A stretch of 62,673 nt of DNA, filler included, from Globobulimina sp. (GCA_003354225.1; 32 parts of 32 records of this genome joined end to end with filler, not necessarily neighbours in it), one strand, 5' to 3'. Numbered from the whole stretch's first letter, positions 1-10,889 are shown. Numbers and translations: made by a program. The notes: generated by a model not told the origin, from the letters alone.

Positions 1-83
1 ATTTAAAGTTGTTAAATATAAAATTTCAAAAAAGTATGTTTTGTATGGAAGATCGGACAAACAAATAATGTTTTTAAAAGAAA

Positions 84-410
84 ATGCAACAAAGGAGGAA
101 TAAAATCGAAGATTTAGAAAAAGAAAATAATATTAAAATTAAATTATTTGGAAGGTGGTACATTGAATCTACAAGTTTTGAATATCAAATTTGTAAGTAT
201 GTTAAAGACAAAAAGACAAAAGAATATGTTAAGCATATTATTGGTCATTATTCTAATATCATATCTTTATTGGAACGCTTACCTGATCAATATTTGAAAC
301 ATAATTCAAATGCTGAAACTGTTCAAGAATTAATAAGTGATGTTAATTTTATAAAAGATGTTATACTAAAATTTAAAAATAGTGTTACAATAAGAGTTTC
401 TAAGCATTGA
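84..410 (+). CDS. Phage-like hypothetical protein (DUF5405-like)
   Basis: Tightly packed co-directional prokaryote-style ORFs. The pattern WYIES..YQICK...IIGHYSNI..LL...ETVQELI resembles small phage DUF5405-type proteins. AGGAGG at 93-98 suggests the true start may be 105. Confidence 0.6.
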   Translation: MQQRRNKIEDLEKENNIKIKLFGRWYIESTSFEYQICKYVKDKKTKEYVKHIIGHYSNIISLLERLPDQYLKHNSNAETVQELISDVNFIKDVILKFKNSVTIRVSKH

Positions 411-517
411 TTTAAACGTATCAAATTGATTATGTATACGTTAGTATGTATTTTAATAGAAAATCGTTAATTTTGTGTTGTTAGAACGTCAAACATGTAT
501 AAAAGGAGATTATCAAA

Positions 518-1246
518 GTGAGAAAATGTGATGGCTGTAGATTTTCAAAGAAAAATAACAATCAAAATATTCCTTGCGGTCAGCTTAGAACAAGGATGGG
601 TATAGAAAGGCATGAATGTAAAGGAGATGTAAATACATCATTTGAACCTTTATTAAAACTTAGAATGAAGGTTCAAATTAGACCTGAATTATATAGTAGA
701 TTTGAGTTAAACAGTAATATAAAAGAAAATACAATATTAACATTGAAGTCATATTCATGTCCATCTTGGAGTTTTGAAAAACATTCAGGAAATTATAATG
801 AATGGTGGTTTCAAGAATGTAAAAGTAATTTTAAATTAACACATGAAGGAGAAAAACAATTGGATAAGTATGAATTTAAAGGTGAAGTAAACATTGGTGT
901 TATTGTGAATGATGCTATTGAAGAGAATAAAAGATCATTTATTATTATGGGTAAAAATAATTCTGTTGTTGGAATTTTAAGAGACACGATAGCAAATGTT
1001 GAAAACGGAAAGGATGATGTGATCTATAATTATGGAACCGGTGAATTTGTATCTATTGTTACTTCTAATGAATATCCTTTCATTTTTAAAATTATTGAAA
1101 ATGAAAGTGTCAATAGTTATATTAAATTGCTTCGTGAAGAAAAGAAACAATTTTACAAAAAACTTAGAAAAGAGAAAAAAAGAATCAAAAATCTTTTTCG
1201 AAAGGGTGAAAATAAACAAAGTAGATTTAAAGTGTTTGCAATATAA
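518..1246 (+). CDS. Phage-like hypothetical protein, N-terminal CxxC...C...C
   Basis: AAGGAG Shine-Dalgarno upstream of the GTG start; 242 aa, no introns. Confidence 0.7.
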   Translation: MRKCDGCRFSKKNNNQNIPCGQLRTRMGIERHECKGDVNTSFEPLLKLRMKVQIRPELYSRFELNSNIKENTILTLKSYSCPSWSFEKHSGNYNEWWFQECKSNFKLTHEGEKQLDKYEFKGEVNIGVIVNDAIEENKRSFIIMGKNNSVVGILRDTIANVENGKDDVIYNYGTGEFVSIVTSNEYPFIFKIIENESVNSYIKLLREEKKQFYKKLRKEKKRIKNLFRKGENKQSRFKVFAI

Positions 1247-1271
1247 AATAATATTAAAGGAAGATTAAAAA

Positions 1272-1610
1272 ATGCAAAGAGATTATCCAGAATTAGAAGG
1301 AACGGAAGCTATTAACATGTTCAATGTGAATTGTATTGTAGCAGGATGTAATTATGATGTGGGAATTACATGTGTTGAAAAAGATAATACAGACAATGAA
1401 GTGTTTTGTATAAATGGACCATCTTCTCCTCATTATGATGAACATTGTAAAGGATGGTGTGATTATCATGAAAAATATTCCGAATTGTTTTATCGAACAA
1501 TTGAACTTTTAAAAAAAGGAATTGTAATTGATAATGAAGAATTGGATAAAATAGTTAATAATCGGTATCGTTCTGGATACGGTGAATTATTGTGCGCATA
1601 TAAAGGATAA
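1272..1610 (+). CDS. Phage-like hypothetical Cys-containing protein
   Basis: AAGGAAG upstream of the ATG; 25 bp after the previous ORF. Confidence 0.7.
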   Translation: MQRDYPELEGTEAINMFNVNCIVAGCNYDVGITCVEKDNTDNEVFCINGPSSPHYDEHCKGWCDYHEKYSELFYRTIELLKKGIVIDNEELDKIVNNRYRSGYGELLCAYKG

Positions 1611-1613
1611 AAA

Positions 1614-1863
1614 ATGAAGGCAAAAATAAATATTAATTGGGGCGTTTATGCTTCAAAAGATTTGAGTTATGATGATGCAATTGCTCATATAGAACGATTA
1701 AAAGAAGAAGGACATTTTAATGAAAATCATCCTGTGTGTACTCCTATATATTCAATAGGTCACATTCTTTTTAATGACAACAAACAAGTACTTAGTGGAT
1801 ATTCAGACTCATGGGTTGTAGATGCAGGTATGCATCCATATCCAGATAATAGAGATGATTTTG
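1614..1863 (+). CDS. Phage-like hypothetical protein (3' truncated)
   Basis: AAGGA within the upstream gene's 3' end, 3-bp gap; runs off the contig. Confidence 0.65.
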
Positions 1864-1963
1864 NNNNNNNNNNNNNNNNNNNNNNNNNNNNNNNNNNNNN
1901 NNNNNNNTTAATTAATTAANNNNNNNNNNNNNNNNNNNNNNNNNNNNNNNNNNNNNNNNNNNN
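1864..1963. other. Artificial contig linker (first of 31): N44-TTAATTAATTAA-N44
   Basis: The identical 100-bp spacer with stops in all six frames recurs about every 1,962 bp. Contigs start at 1, 1964, 3927, 5890, 7853, 9816, 11778, 13740, 15702, 17664, 19626, 21588, 23550, 25512, 27474, 29436, 31398, 33360, 35322, 37283, 39244, 41205, 43166, 45127, 47088, 49049, 51010, 52971, 54932, 56893, 58854 and 60814. Confidence 0.99.
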
Positions 1964-2196
1964 AGAGTCCAGACTCGGAGGATGGCAAAGAATCGTTGGA
2001 CATAAAACAACTTCGTTCGGAAATTAAAGGCATAAAGAAACAAAACAATAAATTAGAGGATCAATTACGGCAAACAACGATGGGCAAAGGCATTGAGAGT
2101 AATTTTATCCCCCATGGAGGACAAAGTATTTGTTCTTCCTGGGGTTCTATGTCGTTTAGAGTGAGCTAGTTTCATTTTATTCGGAAGACGACTCAA

Positions 2197-2271
2197 GACG
2201 ACAAAAGTTGAGGATGACAAAAGTGGAAGACGACAAAAGTGGAAGACGATAAAAGTGGAGGATGACAAAAA
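2197..2271 (+). repeat. 16-bp tandem repeat, about 4.7 copies (GAYGAYAAAAGTKGAR)
   Basis: Units start at 2197, 2213, 2229, 2245 and 2261. The period is not a multiple of three, so it is probably non-coding. Confidence 0.9.
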
Positions 2272-2561
2272 TACCAAATTAAGCTCTCAAAATACAATAG
2301 AACAAGAGTTATTGGCTAAAAACATGAAAAAATCTATCCGTAGCCATTTTCTGCATAAAAAACAAAAAATGCATATTATAAAAGGCACATTAGGCCTCTC
2401 CGATTAGTACTGAATTTTTAAAAACTTTGTCAAACACCTTTCTCAATTCCGATCAGTTCGACAACTAAGTAAACTTCGTAAACGTCGCTAAGCCCTTTTT
2501 CAAGAGATGGCAAAACGAAAAGGCAAAGATCCATCAAAAGATTGGATCACGCTACGAATGG

Positions 2562-3176
2562 ATGGTGAAGGAAAGCCCTTTAACCAGGGATGCTGTGATG
2601 AAAGGCATGATATTAATGGTGAGTGGGTCGCATGCTGTTATGATACCGGCGCTGCAGATCAATCCGGTATTATATTCTATTCATTTACAAATGTTTGAAT
2701 TTTACACACATATAAAAGGTCGCTGTGATGTATGGTATTGGAAGGAATGCGTTCAATACGCAGAGGGATTAAATGAAGGCGAATTAGCTATTTTGATGTC
2801 GGCAGATTGCGAAATATTTCGTTGTTTTGGGCATCGCGAGAATGGGATGAATTTGGCAGAGATCAGAGAGGCTGCAGCGGCTTTGGAGGATGAAAAGGAA
2901 GTTATGGCCGAGGTGGGATTGTATGCGTTTACAGACAGCGATGACGAGCAAAGTGAGGACGACGACGACGACGACTCCGATTATGTCATTATGAATGATA
3001 CGAAACGGCCGTATTTGCCTCCGGCAAAAAAGAAACCCAAAACGACCCAAAAAGCCGTAGTTCCAAAGAAATCAAGCAAAAAGAAACCAAAAAAGAAGAA
3101 AAAGAAAAAGAAGAAAACAGAGAAACAAATCGCAAAAGAAACAGCGATGGGTTTGTTCCATTTCTATTCAGTTTGA
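2562..3176 (+). CDS. Hypothetical protein with acidic tract and Lys-rich NLS-like tail
   Basis: 204-aa ORF with DSDDEQSEDDDDDDSD followed by PPAKKKPK and poly-K. Start uncertain because an ORF at 2507 overlaps in another frame. Confidence 0.55.
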   Translation: MVKESPLTRDAVMKGMILMVSGSHAVMIPALQINPVLYSIHLQMFEFYTHIKGRCDVWYWKECVQYAEGLNEGELAILMSADCEIFRCFGHRENGMNLAEIREAAAALEDEKEVMAEVGLYAFTDSDDEQSEDDDDDDSDYVIMNDTKRPYLPPAKKKPKTTQKAVVPKKSSKKKPKKKKKKKKKTEKQIAKETAMGLFHFYSV

Positions 3177-3266
3177 AACTATAAATGACGCAAATTCGCA
3201 TACATATTTACGCGCAATTGCGCATAAATATAACCACACCACACAGCCAAAATCGATGAATTTAGA

Positions 3267-3635
3267 ATGAATTTATTGAGCCCGAAAGCAGTGCCAATTG
3301 CAGTGGCTAAATTAGGTGTGAGCATTGTGGAGGATTTGCAGAAATATTGGCGTCATCCGGGGAGTGCGAAGCAATTAGTTTTAGATATTAGGCATTATCA
3401 AAAGACGAAAGGACAATTATTTGGGCAATTTGATGAGGTTTCAGGGGGATTTCATACTCGTTATTCCCCGGCAGAGAATGGTGTGTTATTTGCAGCATTA
3501 ATATGGTATTCGCAGTATGGACATTTTGTTGGCAGTGACACAGATCGTAATGTGGTGTCAGCCTCAAATTCGCATATTTTGTGTCGTATATTTCATGGTT
3601 TGATTCGCGCGGAAGGTATTTTGTGTATAGTTTGA
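3267..3635 (+). CDS. Hypothetical protein
   Basis: 122-aa ORF of coding-like composition; no recognised family. Confidence 0.4.
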   Translation: MNLLSPKAVPIAVAKLGVSIVEDLQKYWRHPGSAKQLVLDIRHYQKTKGQLFGQFDEVSGGFHTRYSPAENGVLFAALIWYSQYGHFVGSDTDRNVVSASNSHILCRIFHGLIRAEGILCIV

Positions 3636-3775
3636 AACTGAAAATTGAATTTTTCGAATCTAGTTTCAAACTGAATATGATCTCTAAATCCAAAAAATAA
3701 TATAGTTTCAAACTGGATTAGATTTGTGATTTAGTTTCAAACTGAAAATGAGTCAAAATCAATCAGTTTGAAACT
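3629..3775. repeat. Array of five 11-bp interrupted palindromes AGTTT(G/C)AAACT
   Basis: Copies at 3629, 3662, 3704, 3733 and 3765; a sixth at 3170. Confidence 0.9.
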
Positions 3776-4044
3776 AAAAATTGATATTTTTTTATAGTTT
3801 TATAATGCAACAACGAGACTGTGGGGNNNNNNNNNNNNNNNNNNNNNNNNNNNNNNNNNNNNNNNNNNNNTTAATTAATTAANNNNNNNNNNNNNNNNNN
3901 NNNNNNNNNNNNNNNNNNNNNNNNNNGGACAAATTTTTAATTGAATCACCACAGGCAAGGTTAGAACGGGAAAAAATATTATCAATTCGCGAAGCCGTTG
4001 CCGAAACTGTTACGCCAAACTTCAAACCCTTTTTTGATGGCAGG

Positions 4045-5460
4045 GTGATGCATAAAATCAATGCACAGGTTAATAACGGAAATGAATTATTGTGGCAATT
4101 ATTTTTTGGTCAATTTCGTAAAGTAGTCCTGCCTACAATGATCATTATCCTGGCTTTTATTTCATACAACATTGGAACTGGTGATGCATTTAATATAGAT
4201 ACCATTGGCGATGTAGATAAATTATGCAACACCGGATTTAAAGCCATTGTTGAGGGCAAATGTTGTGTCATAATATTAGCCGGCGGCCAAGGCAGTCGTT
4301 TGGGTTTTAATAAACCAAAAGGTTGCTATGATATTGGTTTGATTTCGCATAAATCCATCTATCAATTACAAATTGAGAAGATATTAGCCGTTAAAATTGC
4401 TGCCTGCAAAGCGATGGGCATCAATGAAACCGACAGACAAAAAATACGCTTTCCAATTTATTTTATGACCTCGCAAGCCACCAATGACGAAACGCAAAGC
4501 TATTTAAATCAAAATCGATATTTTAAATATGATTATATCGATGTAAAATTATTTCAACAGGAAACCTTTCCTTGTATGCGGGAAAGCGATGGTGCATTTG
4601 TCATGAAATCCGCCTCCGAGATAGCAATGAGTCCCAATGGGAATGGCGGCATTTATTCCTCATTGGTGAAGAGCGGAATATATGGCGAGATGTGCAAGAA
4701 TGGCATTGAATATGTTCAGATCTTTGGCATCGACAATGTATTGGCGAGGGTAGCGGATCCATTATGGTTTGGCCATATGATTGAATGTGGCGCAGATTCG
4801 AGCAACAAGACCTGTATAAAAAAAGACCCCCACGAAAAGGTTGGTGTTATGTGCTTAAAGAATGGCAAACCGGGCGTGACGGAGTACACTGAGTTGACCA
4901 AAGATATGATCGAATTGCGGCAAGCCAATGACGAGAATAAAGATTTAGAATATTGCTATGGCAATTTAGCAATGCATATGTTTAACATGTCATTTTTAAA
5001 AAGGATTTGTGACAATAAAGATAATAAATTTCTTTTACCGATCCATATCGCGAGGAAGAAAATCGCATATTACGATTCAAAAGAAATGAAAACCATCAAA
5101 CCACAACAAAATAATGGAATAAAATTAGAATTTTTTGTATTTGATACGTATCAATATTCCACCAAATGTACGGTTTTTAATATATTGCGAGAAGCAGAGT
5201 TTGCAGCAGTTAAAAATGCAAAAGGTAATGATTCGCCATTGACGGCACGGATGGCACATTCAAATTATTGGAAAAAAGAAATTATTAAAAATGGTGCAAC
5301 ATTTTCAAATGATGAGGATGATAAAAAAGAGAATGATGATAAATTATGTGAAGTGTCGGCGTTATTTGCTTATTTACCATATGGCGATAACGGAGAATTT
5401 AAAAAACGTGTAAATGGTAAAACATTTGCATTACCGATTCATTTTAGTTCTGATGATTAA
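4045..5460 (+). CDS. UAP1: UDP-N-acetylglucosamine pyrophosphorylase (5' end apparently foreign)
   Basis: LAGGQGSRLGFNKPKG nucleotide-binding loop, MTS..T, SPNGNGGIY, IDNVLARVADP, EYTE, GIKLEFFVFD, EFAAVKN. Confidence 0.95.
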   Translation: MMHKINAQVNNGNELLWQLFFGQFRKVVLPTMIIILAFISYNIGTGDAFNIDTIGDVDKLCNTGFKAIVEGKCCVIILAGGQGSRLGFNKPKGCYDIGLISHKSIYQLQIEKILAVKIAACKAMGINETDRQKIRFPIYFMTSQATNDETQSYLNQNRYFKYDYIDVKLFQQETFPCMRESDGAFVMKSASEIAMSPNGNGGIYSSLVKSGIYGEMCKNGIEYVQIFGIDNVLARVADPLWFGHMIECGADSSNKTCIKKDPHEKVGVMCLKNGKPGVTEYTELTKDMIELRQANDENKDLEYCYGNLAMHMFNMSFLKRICDNKDNKFLLPIHIARKKIAYYDSKEMKTIKPQQNNGIKLEFFVFDTYQYSTKCTVFNILREAEFAAVKNAKGNDSPLTARMAHSNYWKKEIIKNGATFSNDEDDKKENDDKLCEVSALFAYLPYGDNGEFKKRVNGKTFALPIHFSSDD

Positions 5461-6464
5461 TATCATCACTACAAATTATACAATAACCTAACTTTTTTCT
5501 TTTTTTTTTTTTTAAGTTTTTAGGATTTAATATGTAAACTAATAATATAGCTTTAATATAATAATAATATCCTTGCACTGATGGACAAGATAAAAAAAGT
5601 AAACACTAAAAAGACAAATGACTTTTTAGGCTTAAACTTCTAAACACTTCTTTTGTGATTGGCAAGGTTTTTCGGTTAGCTAGAGTGGTTTTCAACCTAG
5701 TATTCGAAGTTGACCTAGTATTCGAATCCTAGTACTTTAGAATAGGACGTGTTTAGAATATTGCCTTTTGGAAATTTTTGATTTAAAGANNNNNNNNNNN
5801 NNNNNNNNNNNNNNNNNNNNNNNNNNNNNNNNNTTAATTAATTAANNNNNNNNNNNNNNNNNNNNNNNNNNNNNNNNNNNNNNNNNNNNATATCGCATCG
5901 CGAAGATCATATGAAGCAACATTCTCATTTTTTTACTGACTTAATCCGCGAAAAGAAAATTCTTAAAATTGACAATGCCACAAATTTGGATTATATTCCT
6001 TATTCAGAATATTATGCGCAAGAAAATATTTTATATCAAGTCTATGTCGCACAGAATAACATGGCGTAAAATCAAATAAAATAAAATGAAAACTGGCAAA
6101 TAATCATTGTACATAACTTTTTAATTTCAAGGGGTTGTGTTGTTTTCGATGCTTTTTATTATTAAATAAATAAGATTTTATAGTTTATAATTAATTTTTT
6201 TATTTTTGTTGTTTTTTATCGGTATTTTATGTGCATTTTTGGATATTTGATGAGAAAATGTTAACGAATTCCTTTTAATTTGTGTATAATATTATTTTGA
6301 ATATCTGAAAAGGTTCCTATTTTAGTTCAAAATTGATTTTTATCCTTGCACAGCTTATAACTTTTCAAGTGGTTAAAATTCTCTTTTCCACAGCGGTCGT
6401 TTTTATTTTCTTTTTTAGGATTACAAAGTTTTCCCACTGCTGCACACATTAATATATTTGCTCA

Positions 6465-7160
6465 ATGTCAACTCAAGATTACTTTGCAAGTCGTTTTGTA
6501 GGCAAACAAGTGCAAATAAAAGCAAATGGCAAAACAATTAGTAAGACAGGCAATAATCCTCAAACATGTTACACACAGAAATTAATTGCATCGCAAAATA
6601 GTATGATTTACAAATGGTATTTTAAAATTAATCGACGTGATCACGAGTTGGTGATCGGCATTGCATCGAATCACAAGACAACAGACAGTGCATTCCACCG
6701 TAATATGAAAGATATTAATTACGGATATTCGGTGGAAAACGGACAAAAAGTATCAAAAAATAAGTATTCAGATTATGGATGTAAATGTAATAAAAATGAC
6801 AAAATTGAAATGATTCTTGATTTGAGAAAAAAACAATTATCATTTATTGTCAATAATATCGACCAAGGTGTCATTTATGATGATATTGAGCAACATAAAA
6901 ATATCAGATATCGCGTTGCCATTTTTATTCAAACAAATGGCACTTCAGTCACATTACAAAAATATGAAGAAATGAAAGTTGATGGCCGTACGCAATATGA
7001 ATATGAAGAAAAAGCGGGAAAAATACCGGTTATGCATACAAACACAAATAACAAAAACAATAAAAACAGTAAAAACAATAAAAATGATAATAATATTACT
7101 ATTCATAAAATATTAAAGCAATTAGAAGGACAAAAAACTGTGCAACAAAAAATGGATAAA
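6465..7160 (+). CDS. SPRY/B30.2-like domain protein (first exon; continues after an intron starting at 7161)
   Basis: YKWYFKI...LVIGIA...YGY..NG...YG..C..NDKIEMILDLRKKQLSFIVNNIDQGV...YRVAI is a SPRY-like pattern; GTTAGG donor at 7161. Confidence 0.75.
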
Positions 7161-7957
7161 GTTAGGTTTTGTTTTTGTTTTTTTGTTGTATGCGTGTTTA
7201 ATATTTGAATATTTGCAAGAGATTGAAAAACATAATGGAAGCAATAAAAGATATAAAATCAACATTGGATCAAAAACAGAATTATGTTGCCTCGAATTTA
7301 GTAAATTGTCCACACACAACCGACACAAATGCACCTTCAAAGTGTTCAATTATTTGTTATATTATTTTTGTATTAATGTTAATTATGTTCATTGCAACAT
7401 ATAGCTACGGACAATATTTTGGAATCAAACAAGACTTATAACCAAAAAACATGATAATATTATAAATAAAATACACTTACAAACATGATAACTCATGACT
7501 TAATTCATTGTGTGGTTACTCCCTCTTGCTCATATTCGAATTCTTCTGACTGCGAAACAGAAAGTTTTTTTATCCGCAGGTTACTGACTTTTAATGCAGT
7601 TCCAAAACAAACAAAAAATCCAATAACTCCGCTACATTCAATTCGTTGATTAGGATGTATTTGTTGCAAATTCTTGAACACTTGTTTTTGATCATGACAA
7701 AAACTACAAAATGTAGAGATGTTATACTTTACCCTATTGACTCCTTCTTCTTNNNNNNNNNNNNNNNNNNNNNNNNNNNNNNNNNNNNNNNNNNNNTTAA
7801 TTAATTAANNNNNNNNNNNNNNNNNNNNNNNNNNNNNNNNNNNNNNNNNNNNTTTGGGGATAACGAAAACTTTAAATCGGTGGCAACACCAATCAGTTCT
7901 CGCCAAAGATTTCGATTATCGACCCTGATTAGCATTAGCATTAGCATTAGCATTAGT

Positions 7958-9403
7958 ATGTCAACTTTTACCTCCCTCACTGATCATGATAAAGAATTCC
8001 AAGAAGATGTAGAATATACAAATCTTTATTTATGTATCCTGGCAACATTAGCGGCGATATTTCTAACAATGTGTTTAATTCATACTATACAATTTGTTCG
8101 GGAAAGAATGAAAGCATTGGATGAATTTTCGTGGATATTAGCAACTGGCGTAGTGTCAATGGCATGTTTTGTGCTATCAATCACGTTTTTAAGTTTGAAT
8201 AATTTAATATTTTTCCTCATTTTCCGTCCATTCAATATAGAATCGGATCATATCCAATATGAATTTGCGGAACAAAGCCAAATCTTTCGTTTATTAGTTG
8301 AATCGTTTTATAATTTTGGCAAGTTGGGTTTGTATTTTTTATTCATATTACGTTTAACTCGGCCTTTCTACGGATCTTTTTGGCAATTACCCAATCTCAT
8401 TTCGCGTGTCTTTCTTTCGTTGTTTGTATCAAATTCCGTATTATTTGAAATCGCAGTTGTTTTATTAAATTTTAACACGACAAATGGTGTTGGTAATGAT
8501 GCACATTTACTATTTGTTATCCATTATTCACTGGATATGGTGTTATTGTCATTATGCTTATATTTATTTAACTTACAATTATATAAAGTTATCAAACATA
8601 ACATTACGACACAAATTATTGCCCAAGCAAAACATAGTAAATCCGATGTAAAAAGAGATCCATCCCAAGAGTCAAGAGACAACTCTCAAAAAAGACGTGC
8701 CAAAAACAAGATGTTATCTGAAATTATGGAGCAAAGTTCAGCTAAGTAATGCATATAACTTTATTTTTAATATACGTATACCACAATTAATATTAATATG
8801 TTGTTTTCATGATCCACAAATTAATATGTACAGTATACAATATTCTGTTTTTAATTTTTGGTCAGAAACAGTCTAAATATACGATCATTAAATTATTTTA
8901 ATTGTTTTTATTTTCTGCCTTTGTAGATGTCGACAATGTTGCTGGAAACAATAACGAAAGCAACGGTATTATCATTTGTGATCATATTTTTCAGTTTATT
9001 CCTTGGCTTAAATCAACTGAGTCATTTTTTTGGTGGAAGATTGCGTATTTATCCGAGTATAATGACATTTTTGGATAGTTTTGTAAATTGTTTGTTTATT
9101 TATTTAGGATTTAGTTTGTCTCAGAAATGGTACAATATGGCATGCAGTGTATGTCATAAACAATTACAAAAATGTTTTAAAATTTGTATTCCAAAAGCAT
9201 TGGGCGCAGATAGTTTTTCATCCACATCAAAATTAACAACAAATACACGCCAAACAATGGAGTTGTCGGGCACTGCAGAAGCACCCCGATTGACAAAGAT
9301 TGAAGTAACTCAAATCTCCGCAACGCCAAATAATACAAGTAAAGAAGCAATTGTTACTAATATTATTGTGCAGCAAACAGAAGAAAAGGAAGAAGGTTCA
9401 TGA
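7958..9403 (+). CDS. Orphan multi-pass (about 7TM, GPCR-like) membrane protein, intron-containing
   Basis: Five hydrophobic segments in 7958-8745 and two in 8927-9403; GTAATG donor at 8746 and TTTGTAG acceptor ending at 8926. Exon structure between them is uncertain. An (ATTAGC)n microsatellite lies just upstream of ATG 7958. Confidence 0.65.
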
Positions 9404-10758
9404 CAAAACCGGTTGACAAATGTTTGTTGTGAACTAAAGTGTCACTGTGTCAGCTAGCTGACAATTATTTATTGCATGTGTTTTTTATTGCATGTGTTTT
9501 TTGAATGAGTGTTTTGTGTGTTTGTTTGCAGTCATTTTGTTTTGTATATATTATATATATTAACATCAGTGCAACTGTATTACACATTGTTAAGCATAGG
9601 AAGAAGAGGTTTGTATGTACCTTAGAAACGATCGTGTAAACTATAAAGAACGAAATATCTGAAAGTTGATGAAATAGAAACGAAAAAGAAGTTTATTATT
9701 AATAATATATGTACTNNNNNNNNNNNNNNNNNNNNNNNNNNNNNNNNNNNNNNNNNNNNTTAATTAATTAANNNNNNNNNNNNNNNNNNNNNNNNNNNNN
9801 NNNNNNNNNNNNNNNATAATCCTTTGAATATAATAAACATTTATAAAATGCATAAATAATAATTAATATTGGAAACCCGTATAAACCGCCGTCTGTCACC
9901 ATAACCCATGCCGCATCATCTACAAATACATTGAATAGAATAACAGAAACCGTTGCTGTGCATAGATAGTAAACGCATATTCTGGAAGATACCCATTTTG
10001 TGTTTCCGAACCTATGTTGATTGTTTAAAAACCAATTTGTGTTGAATCAATTTTTGATTTCCAAATTTTTTGATTGGATGCAAGTAAATATTGCAATGAA
10101 TAATAAATCAACCAAATTCTGGCAGCTTCTGCATTTACAATGAAATGAGATAAAAATGGATATAATGTTTGTAAAATGTGTTCAGAATATACTGGGCGAT
10201 ATAAAAAAGACGTATGCAGTAAATTTGCACTCATCGATGGAAGTGTAAACAGCAAAAAAAATACAGTCACAATAGCTTCAATCATTACAATCTGAGGGAA
10301 ACGTTTTCTAATAATCAGTAGATGTTTTATTGAATGGAATTTATAAATGCCATACAGCTGTAAAAAACCTAAAATATACTGAATAATGACAGCAACAATC
10401 CATGCACCAATATGTATTTATTTGATATATGCACCAATATGTATTTATTACTGTTACAAATTCTATGAAAATATGGATAAAATTTATTTTCTGAGAGAAT
10501 AAAAGAGACTTTGTTCTTTATGTTCATAATTGGGTCTTGTACAAACAAATAAAATAGATTGTACTTTTATTTATTTAATGCCAAATTACTTTCTTCATTA
10601 AATTAATGTAAACTAAATATTTTTCCATAATGTCCCATAAGTCTTAGGCAATACATATGTAATATATATTTGTACTTATTGGGACTTTTGTTTTTTCAAG
10701 CAGACCGCTGTTTTTTGTTTTTTTGGTTAATCAGACATAATTATCGATAACCCAGACA

Positions 10759-10889
10759 CACGGCAGTCACAACTATTGAGCTAATTTTGGTGATCGGATT
10801 TTAGCTTTTGGAGTTAATCTCTCACCACAATAAATTAGCTCAGTAGTTGTGACTGCTGTGCAACTCCAAAATTTGAAATCTGATCACCA
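10759..10889. repeat. Interleaved inverted repeats (MITE-like)
   Basis: 10759-10787 pairs with 10832-10860 (27/29); 10788-10815 pairs imperfectly with 10862-10889. Confidence 0.75.

Noticed and set aside
396-490. Structured RNA or recombination site in the phage intergenic region
   Set aside because: Only short complementary patches (TTCTAA/TTAGAA, GATTT/AAATC) in very AT-rich DNA; not enough support.
1864-1963. Regularly spaced TTAATTAATTAA as a biological repeat array
   Set aside because: It is always centred in 44+44 N and separates length-sorted contigs; it is an artificial six-frame stop linker.
3629-3775. CRISPR array
   Set aside because: The repeat is only 11 bp, spacing is 29-42 bp, the spacers are low complexity, and there is no cas gene. 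Kept only as a palindrome array.
7928-7957. (ATTAGC)n as a telomeric repeat or an ISISIS coding tract
   Set aside because: Only about 5 internal copies just upstream of the likely ATG; an ordinary microsatellite.
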